Shown: positions 1 to 12,301 of the stretch, piece by piece
Layout: each line of letters begins with the position of its first letter
Position numbering within the stretch: position 1 is the stretch's first letter
NCBI RefSeq assembly: GCF_000143415.4
Contig: NW_003314344.1
Location: 318,336 to 382,335, forward strand
DNA: 64,000 nt
Origin: Selaginella moellendorffii
Taxonomy: Eukaryota; Plantae; Lycopodiophyta
Reading direction: 5' to 3'
Made by a program: the position numbers and the translations under genes
Notes under the pieces: model-generated
Databases searched by the model: none
The model's input: only the letters and a program-made list of their open reading frames with translations
Told to the model about the DNA's origin: nothing

Positions 1-127
1 CTGACGATCCTCTGCGTGGAAGAAAAAGTGGACTGGCTGGGCTGTTATTCGATCTCTTTTTCTTTTCGAATCTCTTCCCATTATCTGCTTCGACTAAAGC
101 TCTTGTGTTTTTGTGTGCTTTTGTGCG

Positions 128-1008
128 ATGGATTCAGCGAGTTTGTGGAGGCTCATCGTCTTGCTGCTCGCAGCAGTGGATGTTGCTCGTTGCAGATTCC
201 ATGCGTATGCACGAGGCTGGCAATTGGCAACCGCGACTTGGTATGGAAGTCCCAGCGGTGCTGGAACTGATGGTATGCGAGGAAATCTCTCTCCAATCAT
301 TCTTCTTCTCTTTCTTGCAGTGATCAATGCCTTCGTTTTCCTTTGTCTCTTGCATTTCCAGGAGGAGCTTGTGGCTATGGTGAACTCCCGAACACTCCCT
401 ACGGCCTCGATGTTGGTGCTGGGAGCCCCGTCCTGTTCAAGAATGGCAGAGGCTGTGGTGCATGCTACAAGGTATGAGAGATTTGGATTTCCTTCCCAAC
501 CCCTTCCAAAAGAATTCATGTTCTTCGTTTTTGGCTTGGATTGCACAGGTGAGGTGCTTGCAGCAGCAGCTCTGCTCCGGCAAAGCCGTGACGGTGGTGA
601 TCACAGACGAGTGTCCCGGTGGCTACTGCGCGTTTGGGAGGACGCATTTCGACCTCAGTGGCACGGCATTTGGAAGAATGGCGATGGCCGGAAGAACAAA
701 CCAGCTGTTGGGATCAGGAGTTATGCAAGTCCTCTACAAGAGGTAATAGTTAAAAAGAGTTCATGGCCAACTTCTCCTGACCCTTTAACAAATTTTGCAG
801 GGTCGATTGTAACTATGGCTCCAGGCCCATGGAATTCCAAGTCAACGAAGGATCCACACCATTTTGGTTGTCCATTCTCGTTCGCTACGCAGCGGGACCT
901 GGAGATTTGGGTCATGTCGAGCTCATGCAGGTAGATAAACATGCCTTTCTTCACTTCTTTTTCTTTCTCTCTCTCTCTTAGCTTACACTGACGAAACGAA
1001 TTGTTTGT

Positions 1009-1048
<40 letters not shown>

Positions 1049-1265
1049 CACACACACACACACACAACAGGCTGGGTCTCGAGTTTGGCAGCCAATGACT
1101 CAGGTGTGGGGCGCAACATGGTGTTTCAATGGCGGTCCTCTGAGGGGCCCTTTCTCGTTTCGAGTCACGACTCTGTCAACCTCGGAAACAGTCGTGGCTC
1201 GAAACGTGATTCCAAGGAACTGGGCTTCCAACACTTGCTATCGCTCCAGGGTCAACTTTAGATGA
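128..1265 (+). CDS. EXPB: Beta-expansin, 5 exons (128-272, 362-471, 549-742, 801-930, 1071-1265)
   Basis: Signal peptide, [38 protein letters not shown] and C-terminal [16 protein letters not shown] motifs; GT-AG introns join the exons in frame. Confidence 0.93.
1010..1066. repeat. (CT)n-(CA)n compound microsatellite in expansin intron 4
   Basis: Directly visible; ends just before the intron acceptor at 1070. Confidence 0.95.
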
Positions 1266-1789
1266 TCTTCTTGGAATCGATCATAACGTATAGATTTCTA
1301 CACACCTTGTCCCACCATGAAAGCCGAAGTTTCCAAAGGGTGGGATGAGATTAAATACAAATCATCCATCTTTGTCTGGTGGAAACTAAAAGAGAGATTT
1401 TGTGTTGATCTCACATAAAAGAAAAAAGAACTTGTTCAAGGACGAATGAGAGCTGCGAACAAATCAATTCAGCGACTGGAAAGAAAACTCTATCCATTCC
1501 ATCAGCTCTGCTGTTCGCTAATCATCTCACCAACATGCGTGTCAACAATTCAATCTCTCGCATGGAAACCACATCATGCCAGCCACAAAAAATCATTTTA
1601 CAAAAGGCTGACGACAACGTACATCCAAAGCAAAGTCAGGACGGAAGCATCTATCAAGCTACTCGGTGTCCAAAGCAGCAACGAGAAAAGAAAGAAAGAA
1701 AGAAAGAAAAGAAGGAAGGACAAAGAGAGCCAACCTTGGAGAAGAGCAGCTATGGCGGGGCTGGCTGGCTGGCTGGCCGGACACGATCC

Positions 1790-3745
1790 TTAGCTGGTGG
1801 GCTTTTGTTGTGGCTTGCTAGTTGCAAGCTCCAGAAGATAGGAGATGCCCTGCGTCCAGATCTTGTGCTCGTAGTCACTCCGACACTCGAATTCCTCGAG
1901 CTCTGCCGTGTTCGTCTTGACTCCAAAGTATCGCCGCTGTTCTCCGTTTTCCAGGAGTGATCGCCCAGGCCAGGCTGGGATCTCTGTGTAGACGTCCACA
2001 ACCACACCTGCGAGCCAAGGACAGAGGGAATTTTTATGAGTTCTATCCATCCATCAGAGCGGCAGAAGGAACAAGAGGAAGAAATCAAGCTCCACGCTGT
2101 TTTTACTTACTTTTCTTGTTCTTCTTTAGAGCGCCCCCTACGTGCTTGCTCTGGAGTTTCAGGATAACCTGCCACATTTGTCCCACGGAATGCTTTGCTT
2201 GCCTGTTCTCTCGCGGGAGCGATAATAAAATACCAACGTACCTGGTTATGTTTGTTAATGTAGGCACAGACCGATCTCCAATGAATCTCGCCTGCGCAAA
2301 AGGCACACACACAGGGCTTAGCGCTCTGTCCCAGAGCAGAAGATATCTCCACTCCATGGAGCAAGAGTAAAGCATACTCACCGCTCTTTGACCGTTTGAG
2401 AAAGTCCGTTCCTTTGGCCAGCACTTCCTGTGTGAAGGACTCGGCCTCGCTGTCCTCGGATCCAAGCTCTCCACTGAAGTTCATCGAGCCTCGCTCGTAC
2501 GGGATGACCGACGAGCGGCTGTGCTGGTGCTGCTGTTGCTGCTGCTGGTTCTCTTTCAAGGCCCTGGCCTTGAGCATCGCCGCTCCCCGTAGAGCTGTCG
2601 GCAGAAAACACCAACAAAGTTGATCAGTTAAGCAAAGATTCGGCCACCTACAATAAGCACGCGTGAGCGAGCACTCCGGAACTTGACTTACATGTCGCAG
2701 CACCAGCAGTGAGCGTCATAATGTCCCCAGCCGTTTTGACACGAACCGCGGAGCCAACAGCCGACGCAACCAGCTCGTGATCGGCTCCCAAGCTCTCGGC
2801 GACCTCCACACACTGAGATGCTACGAGCGATGCAGCGGAAGCCATGGCCATGCTCGTCTTTGCTCCACCATCGTCGATGGCCGTGGCTGCCGTGGCAGCA
2901 GCCACGGCAGCTATCGCAGCGGCAACGCTCGCGACTTGGATGGCTGCGTGAACCTGTGCGTTTTGGGCACGAATTGCCTCCTTCTTCTTGTCCTTGACGT
3001 CTCGGAACCATCTCCTTACGGACTTTCCGTTTCTGATGGGCGACTTGGGAGCTGTAGTAGTCGTGGAAGAATGATGCTGCACAACGAAAAATTGGCCTTG
3101 AGCGAAGAAAAAGACCAGTGTACTACCTGCTCTTCTGGAACTTGAGGTGACAGAGGCGAGCCCATTCCAAGTGGTCCACTATGGTTCTTCATTAAAAGCC
3201 CACTTCTCTGGGAATTCCTCTTCTGGATGCCGAGCTCCTGCAAGAAAGGAAGAATGTAGCTAGGCACTGTCAGGAACAAAGGACCAATAAACTCCAAACT
3301 ACCTTAAGAGGCTTACCACTGGTGCGAGAATTCTATTGAGAACCATGTCGGAGGTCATTGCCGAGGCGAACGAGAAGGGTGTCGTCTCGATCCCCGTCTC
3401 CTCGGCTCGTCTCGTGGTAGCAAACTTGTTGGCGGCGGGATTGTAGGGAGCCAGTGCCTTGGAGACGTCCACGGCCGAGATGCTCCACGATCTGGAAAGG
3501 AACTCCATGGGTTCCAATGGCGTCTCTGGAGGTGGGTAGGACGTCGTGGGCGATGGGAAGTACATGGGGAAATCCTCTTCAATGTTCTCCAGGTGCTGGG
3601 ACAAGCTGCTGTTCTGGCTGTCGAATCCGGAGGAGGCGCTGTGCTCGAGCATGTAGAGATGATCCTGCTGCTGGCCGTCGAAGTTGAATCCGACGTGACT
3701 GATACCATTGATAGTCGTCTTCATGATCTCGGACGGCCGATTCAT
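1790..3745 (-). CDS. FORKED1/VAN3-binding protein family (DUF828 auxin-canalisation domain + plant PH-like domain), multi-exon
   Basis: [90 protein letters not shown]. Confidence 0.9.
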
Positions 3746-5364
3746 ATGGATTCCCTCGTCACAACAAGATGATCATGGTCGTCTCCTCTTCACCGAGTGA
3801 AACCTCGATTTTCTCGACTCTGCGACCGTAATATGTTAGCGATGAGCAAGAACACGCAAGAACAGGGACAATCGGCACTGTACCTCGAAAGATTTGGCTG
3901 GATCGATCCGAAATATCGATGTCGAGCCGGCCTAGCATCGATCTCCCTGGACTGCGCTCATCCTATCGGAATGAAGCGGCGGCAACGCAATTCCGGGCAA
4001 CAGTCGACACGAATTCCACACGCGAATCTTTTCCGCTAGCGAACAAAATAACGCACAGACTGCCCGAGATCGCGAGCGCTCCCCAGCTGAATCCGGCCAA
4101 GCCCCGCCGCAAAAGCCTCACATCAAGACACAGATTTCCTGCGCGGAGAACATCGAAAACTTGTGCAAGAAGAAGGTGAGGAATGGCGACAGATCGCACG
4201 CATCGGCCTCGCCTTTGCCCTATCACACGCGCCAATGCCGATCGAGCGAGCGAGCGCCTGCCAAAATCTTGATCACAGGAAAACGAAAGATTGAAAAATA
4301 AGAACCCTCGCCAATAGGAGAACATTAAGCATTGAGTGGGCTTCTTCCATACCGGAATGTGAACGTCTGGCCATTCCGGGGCGGAAGGGCGGCACGATCC
4401 GCAATGAAAACCCCGGAATGACGTGGCGATGGACGGCTGTCAGTCAGTTGACATAATAGTCAAGGCGTTTTCAAAGGCAGGCAAGGCGTTCCCTCTCTTT
4501 AAAAATTTCTTTCTTTGCACTGGCAAAAGCAATGCGCATTCTTTTTTTCCCTTTCGCTCCAGATTCCAAGAGCGCTGGCCTCCACGGAATTCGAACACGC
4601 GACCTTTGGTTTCTACGCTTCCTGGGAATCGAGCCCCGGACCGCTCAGTTTGTTTGTTTCTAGACGCGAGAAAAAGCACAACGGCACATGCTTTGGGCTT
4701 GTATTGAAATCCAAGGCATCATTCTCAAGCTCTAATTGATTGTCTCTTTTGAGGTAAGCATCACATGTGGAGGGAAAATATAAACCATTGGATCACACAA
4801 GCCCTAGAAATCTGGCGGGAGCCCTCGCCTTTTGAATATGAACCGTTGATCTAAAAGCTGGCAGCCGTCGATCTTGCCTTGGCGATTTTAAACAAGGCCC
4901 AGAACTTGTGGCGCGGAGGCGCTTGCTGAGGTGTGCGGTGTTGGTTGGCCGGTGGGCAGCGAATATGCTCCCAGCGCTGTGGGCGATATGTCTTTTTTCT
5001 TTGAAAAAGAATAGAGGAGATCGATGTACGACTGGTGGAAAAATTCCTTGTTTGTAGCCCCGTCATGAGTAGAATAGAGCAGCAAAGGATTTTAGATTTG
5101 GCAAAGAAAATTGGTATCGATGTTGTCAATGTTGCTGGAAGAACTGACACTGACCGCTTTGGGCAACAGTAAGAGCCGCGAGAACTCGTCCGGGAGGGAA
5201 ACATGGGTGGATAGATGGATACAACCAAACAAAAAAGATGATAGTATGATGGGATCACACACACATTGTATATAGGCGAGGAATAGGTTTCTCTTTTCTC
5301 TAGCAGAGATTTGTCCCGACTTACTTGGAATGTTCAGCGTTGTTTCTTTTCCCTCTTACTGACC

Positions 5365-5857
5365 TTGACCTACATGTTGACCACGTTGACTATAGAATTT
5401 CTTTGTTGACTTTTGTTGACTCCCAACTAGATGCGAATATCTCATTGTTTCAACTGCTCCCATTGTTTCAAAGCGATTCATGGTGAGGAAACGGATCAAT
5501 GTTGAAGCTTGGGACTGTTACTTGCTTTTTTCTACTGCATCCCAAGTTTTTCCAGAGACAAGCCATGTTATCGATCATGTCTTTTTTACTTCAGTTTTTT
5601 CAGTCCAAACACAGGTTATGATTTTAGAAATGTGTGATGGGATCAAACAACGCTTTGGTTAGCTCGGGAAAACGCAAGCGTGGAAACCAAGATAAAAGTC
5701 AGCGGGTGACATATCAAATCTCTAGCTCGGAGTTGACTGAGGGCTGACCCTAAAGAAATCCCGTTGACTTTTGTAGCGCGTTGACGTCACCAAGCTAGCA
5801 GAATGCAAGATGACAACTCCCTCTTTGACCATTGTTGACTACTGCTGACCGTTGACC
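5365..5857 (+). promoter_or_regulatory. W-box (TTGACY) cluster, 10 copies on one strand, plus one TGACGTCA
   Basis: TTGACY at about 5365, 5377, 5386, 5406, 5416, 5733, 5764, 5825, 5835 and 5852; TGACGTCA at 5782. Confidence 0.6.
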
Positions 5858-6680
5858 ACGGCACATAAGGTTGGTGTGTCATTTATAGCGTCACAGTAGA
5901 GAGAACTGACAACTAAGAGAGAGACCCAAGGAAATTCTTGTGTGATTCTCTTACCGACGTCGAGACTCGAACCGTGGCTGGACAACTCGTCGGAATTAAT
6001 GCAGGTTGATGGTAGGTGCACTTCCCGCCTCAATTATAGCTTGCAGACACACAAAGGTAAAAACCAAAGGTTGAATGAAAATCACCATTTCTCAATGTAA
6101 GATACATAATATTTCCCAAAACCATGGTTACCTCCTCATGGTATTTCTCCATTTTACCACAGTTTGGTGGAAAAAAATCAGCCAGCATCAGAGCCAGAGC
6201 CGTCGGTGGGGCGGTTAAATGCGAGCGGCAAATTTGCCAGCGAAAGAGCGGCGGTAAATAAAAGGGAAGGTAAGTTTTTTTTCTCTGGTATTTTCTTTTC
6301 CAAGGGTGAAAAGGTGGGGTGGTAATAAATCTTTGACACCACATTCATTAAATGCATGGCGTCCCTTTGGTGGCCAGTTTGCCTTGTTCATGTGCATTGC
6401 CATTCCGCAATGCTCAAACAAATGCCCTTCGTCGCGTCGTTCGGCCATTCACTCCGTTTTCCTCGTCTCGCCGCTGCGATCTTGACTCTGATTTAAGAAA
6501 GCTTCCGCGGCCAGCCGGCGCTGGAGTGATCTCATCAAGCTTCTCGCGCTGATTTCATCGTCCAATCCAAGCAGGGGGCCGAGAAGCACGAAGACGAGGA
6601 AGAAGGAAGGAGGTCTTGCAGCGGGTACTTCTTCATCTTGGGTTTGCTCCAGCGCAGGCTTCGATTCGGCGACGGCCACC

Positions 6681-9622
6681 ATGGCCTCCAGCTCGATCAA
6701 GGAGCAGGAAGGCAGCAGCCGGGCAAATGGGAGCGAGATGGGAGCGATGAGCACCAGGAGCCTGGGAGGATTGAGCCCGCTCAGCGTCCATCTATGGAAG
6801 GACAAGGCCGGGCCGGATATGGAGGACATCTCGGCTCGACTTACGTGGAAGGACTTGGCGGTAACGGCCACGGCGCGCGGTGAGACCAAGCGTTTGCTGG
6901 AGCCCATGACGGGTTACTCGGAGCCGGGATACATCACCGCGATCATGGGGCCGTCTGGATCCGGCAAGTCGACGCTGCTGGATGCTCTTGCCGGTGAGTC
7001 TTCTTCCTGGATAAAAAACTTGGGGATGGAAATCTTTTTCTTTGTTTTCCTGTTCTTGCTTAGAGTGGTGCTTAGATCTAGCAAAGGTGGTGCTACTGTG
7101 CTGTGTTCGAGCTAGTTTTCCTGGTTTCTCGTGGCGAGGCTGCTTAGATCTTCGTGTCTGCCAGGGAGGCTGGCGAAGAACACCACTCAGACGGGTCAGA
7201 TCTTGCTCAATGGACGGAAGAAGCAGCTCTCCTACGGCATTGTGGTCGGTGTTCTTCATTCTCTCGCTCTCCTCTCGAGACGAGCTCACGGTTCGTGTTC
7301 TTGGACAGGCCTATGTGACTCAAGAGGATACTTTGATTGGAACGCTGACAGTGCGCGAGACGATAACGTACTCGGCCAACTTGCGGCTCCCGGATGCGCT
7401 AAACAAGGCCGAGAGGCTGGCCATTGTAGAGTGCACGATTGTGGAGATGGGGTTGCAGGACTGCGCTGATACTCCGGTGGGGAACTGGCATATGAGAGGA
7501 TTGAGCGGTGGCGAGAAGCGGCGGCTTAGCATTGGACTGGAGATCCTCACAAGGCCGAGGCTCTTGTTCTTGGACGAACCAACGAGTGGTCTCGACAGGT
7601 CTGTGTGATATCTCTTCTCTTTTGGGATTGTTTGTTTTCCAGCTCTCTTTGCGTCTTTTGGTGCTTGGATTCTTGCTCGGGAGAGATGGCTTTGTCTCTT
7701 CCAGCTTAAACTTATACTCGTTTCCTCCAGTGCCTCGGCGTTTTTCGTGATGCAAACGCTACGGAACCTCGCAAGGGACGGGCGTACGGTCGTGGCTTCC
7801 ATTCATCAGCCGAGCAGCCAAGTTTTCGAGCTCTTTGACAACTTGGTCCTTCTTTCGCATGGAAAGACTATCTATTTCGGTGAAGCTGCTCTTGCTCAAG
7901 AGGTATAGTAATGCAATGGCAAAGTTCGTGACCACTTTTATAACTCTTTTTGTTCTTCCAGTTCTTTGCTTCTGCTGGATTTCCATGCCCTCCACACCGG
8001 AACCCGTCAGACCACTACCTCCGAGCGATAAATTCCGACTTTGACAGGGTCAAGGCGACACTCAAAGGCTCCTTCAAGTTTAGAGTAAGTCTCTTCTCTT
8101 CTTTGTCTTCCTCGAAAGTTTCTCTCATTTTATTTTCTTTCCTCACATTCTTCGATGAATTTCTTGACAGGACTTTGAGTCGGGCGATCCTCTGGATCAC
8201 GTCTCCACGAGTCAGATCATTAAAGTTCTCACAGAGCACTACCAATCGTCTGCGCAGGCAATGCAGACAGCTGCCAAAGTTCACGAGATCAATCAGACCG
8301 TAAGCTTTTCCTCGTGTGATCAATCTTAAACTTACGTTTTTCTCGTGTTTTGTCAACCAGAAAGGTGCTGTTCTCGAGTCCGAGGGCAGTCAGGCAAGCT
8401 TTTACATGCAAGCCTTGACACTCACACGAAGATCTTTCGTGAATATGTCGAGAGATATCGGCTATTACTGGCTCCGTGTGGCAATCTACATCATGCTCAG
8501 CATCGGAATTGGAACTTTGTATTATAGAATTGGCACCGGCTACAACGCGATCCTGGTAATCTTGATTCTCACCCACCAAGAAAAAAATGTTACTCCATCA
8601 ATGCGAAGTTGACTAAGTTTTCCTTGTTGTTTCCCAGGGAAGAGCAGCATGCATGTCTTACGTTGGTGGCTTCCTCGTTTTCATGTCGATTGGAGGCTTT
8701 CCATCGTTTGTGGAAGACATGAAAGTAAGTGTCCATTGATTCCTCCTTGGTCATCCACTAACGAGTTTTTTCTTTTCTTCTACAGGTTTTTAGCAGGGAG
8801 AGATTGAATGGACACTACGGTGTGGTTGCCTTCGTGATTGGCAACACGCTCTCGTCACTTCCATTCTTGTTTCTCATCTCTCTCATATCGGAGCTCATCG
8901 TCTACAACATGGTCCAGCTCCATCCTGGGATCACACATCAAATCTACTTCGTTCTCAATCTCTTTGCGTGCGTTGCTGCTGTAGAGAGCTTGATGATGGC
9001 TGTCGCCAGCCTCGTTCCAAATTTTCTCATGGGGATCATCACTGGAGCCGGAATCCAGGTTAAAGTTGCATTCTTTGTCATGGCATTTACATTCGCTCTT
9101 CCTTGTTTTCTTGCACAGGGCATTTTCCTGCTTGTCGCTGGCTTCTTCCGACTTCCAAACGATCTTCCAAAAGCTTATTGGAAGTATCCAATGTCGTACA
9201 TTGGCTTTCACATGTACGCTCTACAGGTATGAAAGGACCTTTGACGTTCAAACAGCTTGACAGTCATTGTTTTGTTGCAGGGAACTTACGAGAATGATTT
9301 CCTTGGCTTGGAATTTGACAACAAGTTTCCAGGACTTCCAAAGATCCCGGGCAAGTTCATCCTCACGGACGTGTACCAGATCACAGTGGCGAGATCAAAG
9401 TGGTGGAACTTGGGAGTGATCTTTCTCATGATCATCGTCTACCGGGTCATCTTTTTCATCACGATCAAGTACGTAGAGAACGTCCAGCCGTGGGTCAGTG
9501 CGATGATGGCCAAGCACAGTGCCAAGCTGCGACGCAAGAAGAAATCAACAACACTTCCCAGCACCGTCAGGCCAGTTCTTCAGTCTCCATCACCCGGCCA
9601 TCCCAACTTCACAAGGAAATAG
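6681..9622 (+). CDS. ABCG: ABCG half-size transporter (WBC/ABCG11-like), multi-exon
   Basis: Walker [22 protein letters not shown], signature LSGGEKRR, Walker [33 protein letters not shown] and C-terminal TM domain ([15 protein letters not shown]). Confidence 0.95.
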
Positions 9623-11306
9623 AAAAAGGATCGACAAATGTTCCATGTACAATGCAAGAAATCACAAAGAACAAGCTTGCGGCTCTATCTGTTCAGTCTG
9701 TAAAAGCTACAGAACTAAACGCTGTATGACTAAGATGATTTTGGTGTCAATCGTTACTTCCAGAATAATCTGCTGGTTTCAAAATTTTGGTTAAGGAAAG
9801 AGGTTAATGCGAGATTAATTGTCAAGCTGGAATAATGTAATTGTATCTCTGGTTAAATAACAAACGCAAACAGCAAGGTTACAACTTGTTGCAACATACT
9901 GCTTTCGCACACGCTTGCTCCAAGGTCATGGATTCGAAGATGCTCGATCTAGCAGCAAAGAAGAAAGGAGGCTAGACAATTGTGATGGCACGGTTGCAAG
10001 CAATCTTGGAAGCTACAACCCCTGTCATGAAGGCGGGACGAGCTCCAGAAAAGCCATATGACTGATTCGGATATTGTAAGGCTCAAGAGCAGCAACATTT
10101 TACTCAATGGTACTCCAACTACATGTTTTTGGGTCTCCTTGGAAAGCTATTGAAGATGTCTTTTGGTAAGTTGATTTGGTCCAATATTTCTGTGACTGAT
10201 CTCTCAGTTTTCTTGACAAAAGATGGACACATTCCTTGCCAGAGATGTGTTGTTACGAATCTACAACATTGGGAGAAAACATGAAGTCTAGATAGAGAGA
10301 GGACAATGGCTGACATGAATGATGCGCTACGTAAGATGGATGAGGGAGATGTTGATGGTGTGCATATGCTTGGAGTTCGTGGTCAGAGTGTGCTTATCTG
10401 AAAAAATGGTTGGAATGAGGATTCCCTTGCAGCTGCACAGTCATTTCCAAGCTTGGTACGTTCATTGAGTACAAGGATATGACGAGAATGCACTGTCATG
10501 TAATTGGTGCTAGATTTGGTGGAGATTGGACCACATGACAGGACAAATGTTTTGAGATTTAACAACAAAAAAATCACTATAACATTGAGAAATAGGTTAT
10601 TTTTTCCTTATGCATTTTTTTCCAGGCTTTTCTTCTCTTGTGTACAATCTTTGCTCTACTAAAGATGGGCTTGATCCTCAGAAAAGATGGCATGGACAAG
10701 CTTAAGTGGAGGTACATTAGCTTTTTCCTATTGCTTGAGTGTGTCGTCCAAAGAGAAACCAAAGTCCAAGGTGACCATCATACATATTTTGCCTATTACA
10801 ACCAAATAAAAAATTAGTAGTTTTTCTATCAAATTTTTATATTGATTAGTTAAAAAACTAATAATTATATTATCTACTTTATTAAGATATATAATAAAAT
10901 TCTTTAAAAGTATTAAACTGAAGTTTCAATTTAATCTAAATTGAGAAATATAATCTCTATTAATAGCACAGCTTATGTGTAGTAAATATAATTTTATTAA
11001 ATATAAATTCCTCCATGAACATTTTACATTTATTTTAAATAAAAAATTCAAGAATATTTTAAATAATTTTCTATGAACATTGCTTAATAGTAGTTCTTAT
11101 TATTTATTAATTTATCAATTGGAACTGTGAGTGCATGGACCTCACAGAACTATAATTATAATCACTTTATAATTTATAAGTATAAGATTAATCTTATTAT
11201 ATATCAACCATTAGATAGTAGAATAACTAAAATATACGTAAAATATCCTAAAAAATCTAAGTATATTTTAAATATATTCACTGACTTCATTCTCCAAGAC
11301 AAATCT

Positions 11307-12287
11307 CTACAGGGAGGCTAATTCTCTAACAGAATCAATTATGTCACATTTCTTCTCTGGATGGGTGATGGATGCACACGGTAGTAGATCATTATCAAAA
11401 GCTGTGAATCGTTGAATCATAAGAACCTCCTCAGGCCTTCTACCTTCCGTGACACACCAGAAAGTCCGTGGGATTGCGACGCGGTAAACAGTTGGTAATC
11501 CTCCCCGGAACAACAAACCTATCATCTCAATCGTTGATGGGAAACAACAAACCTATCATGGGAGAGGTTCTCTCCGTGCCTGAAGAATCTCAAGAGTGAC
11601 TTATCATCTGGCAAATCAGCTGTGCTTCACCCGCCACTTCTGTGGCAGAACTTCCTCTATTGAAGCTTTTGCCTTCGAAGCACATTCTTTGGAAGTCGTG
11701 AAGCCCGTCCAAGCAGCAAACGATCTGATCTCGCAGAGTACCTCCCCTTGACTTCAACCTGTTGCCTCTTCTCTGGGAAGATCAAGCTACGTGAGTCGAT
11801 CAGCATATCCATAAGCCCCGTGACAAACTCCATGACCAAGGCTTCATTTGTTCTGTCCAAATGGCAGGCGAAAGCAAGGCCTCTCACGCGTGGATTGTGG
11901 AAGTACTTCTCTACATACTCCGGGGACATGCAAAAGAGGCAGTTGTTCAGCTCCGCATCAAGAAAGTTTTCGACCGCTGGGCTCCTGAAGAACTCTAAGC
12001 TGAAACCGAAAAAATCCAGAGCGTCTTTCACAACGCAAATGTCCACTCTGAAGTTCCGTAAGTCCCTAGACGTCCATTTGGAGGCACACTTCTCACTCCC
12101 TCCCATACAACTCACGCACACGTAATCCGGTTCTTCTTGTGACCAAAACCACCAGACATGACCATTCCTTACAGACCTCGCATTCTACCATCTTCTTACC
12201 GCCGTCCTTCTTCAAGCCACAGACACAATTCACGAAAGCAATGTCTCCCTCCCAGATCTCGGAGTCCTCCGCCTCTGATGGTAACAA
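11307..12287 (-). pseudogene. PHD finger fused to a fungal-type PD-(D/E)xK restriction-endonuclease-like domain; disrupted
   Basis: Reconstructed across frameshifts: VNCVCG..DGGKKMVECEVCKEW/HVW..EEPDYVCVSC (PHD); KCASKWTSRDLRNFRVDICVVKDALDFFG; NEALVMEFV; ARSD/VCCLDGLHDFQRMCFEGK; GEAQLICQMI; internal TGA near 11590; MIGLLFRGGLPTVYRVAIP. No ATG at the 5' end. Confidence 0.55.
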
Positions 12288-12301
12288 TGTAGCGGTGCAA
12301 G

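Noticed and set aside
5365-5857. GTTGAC repeats as a CRISPR-like or tandem array
   Set aside because: Only a 6-bp core is shared, spacing is irregular and the context is eukaryotic.
9850-10600. Coding-like stretch with splice-like signals downstream of ABCG
   Set aside because: Multiple stops and no recognisable family; cannot be called.
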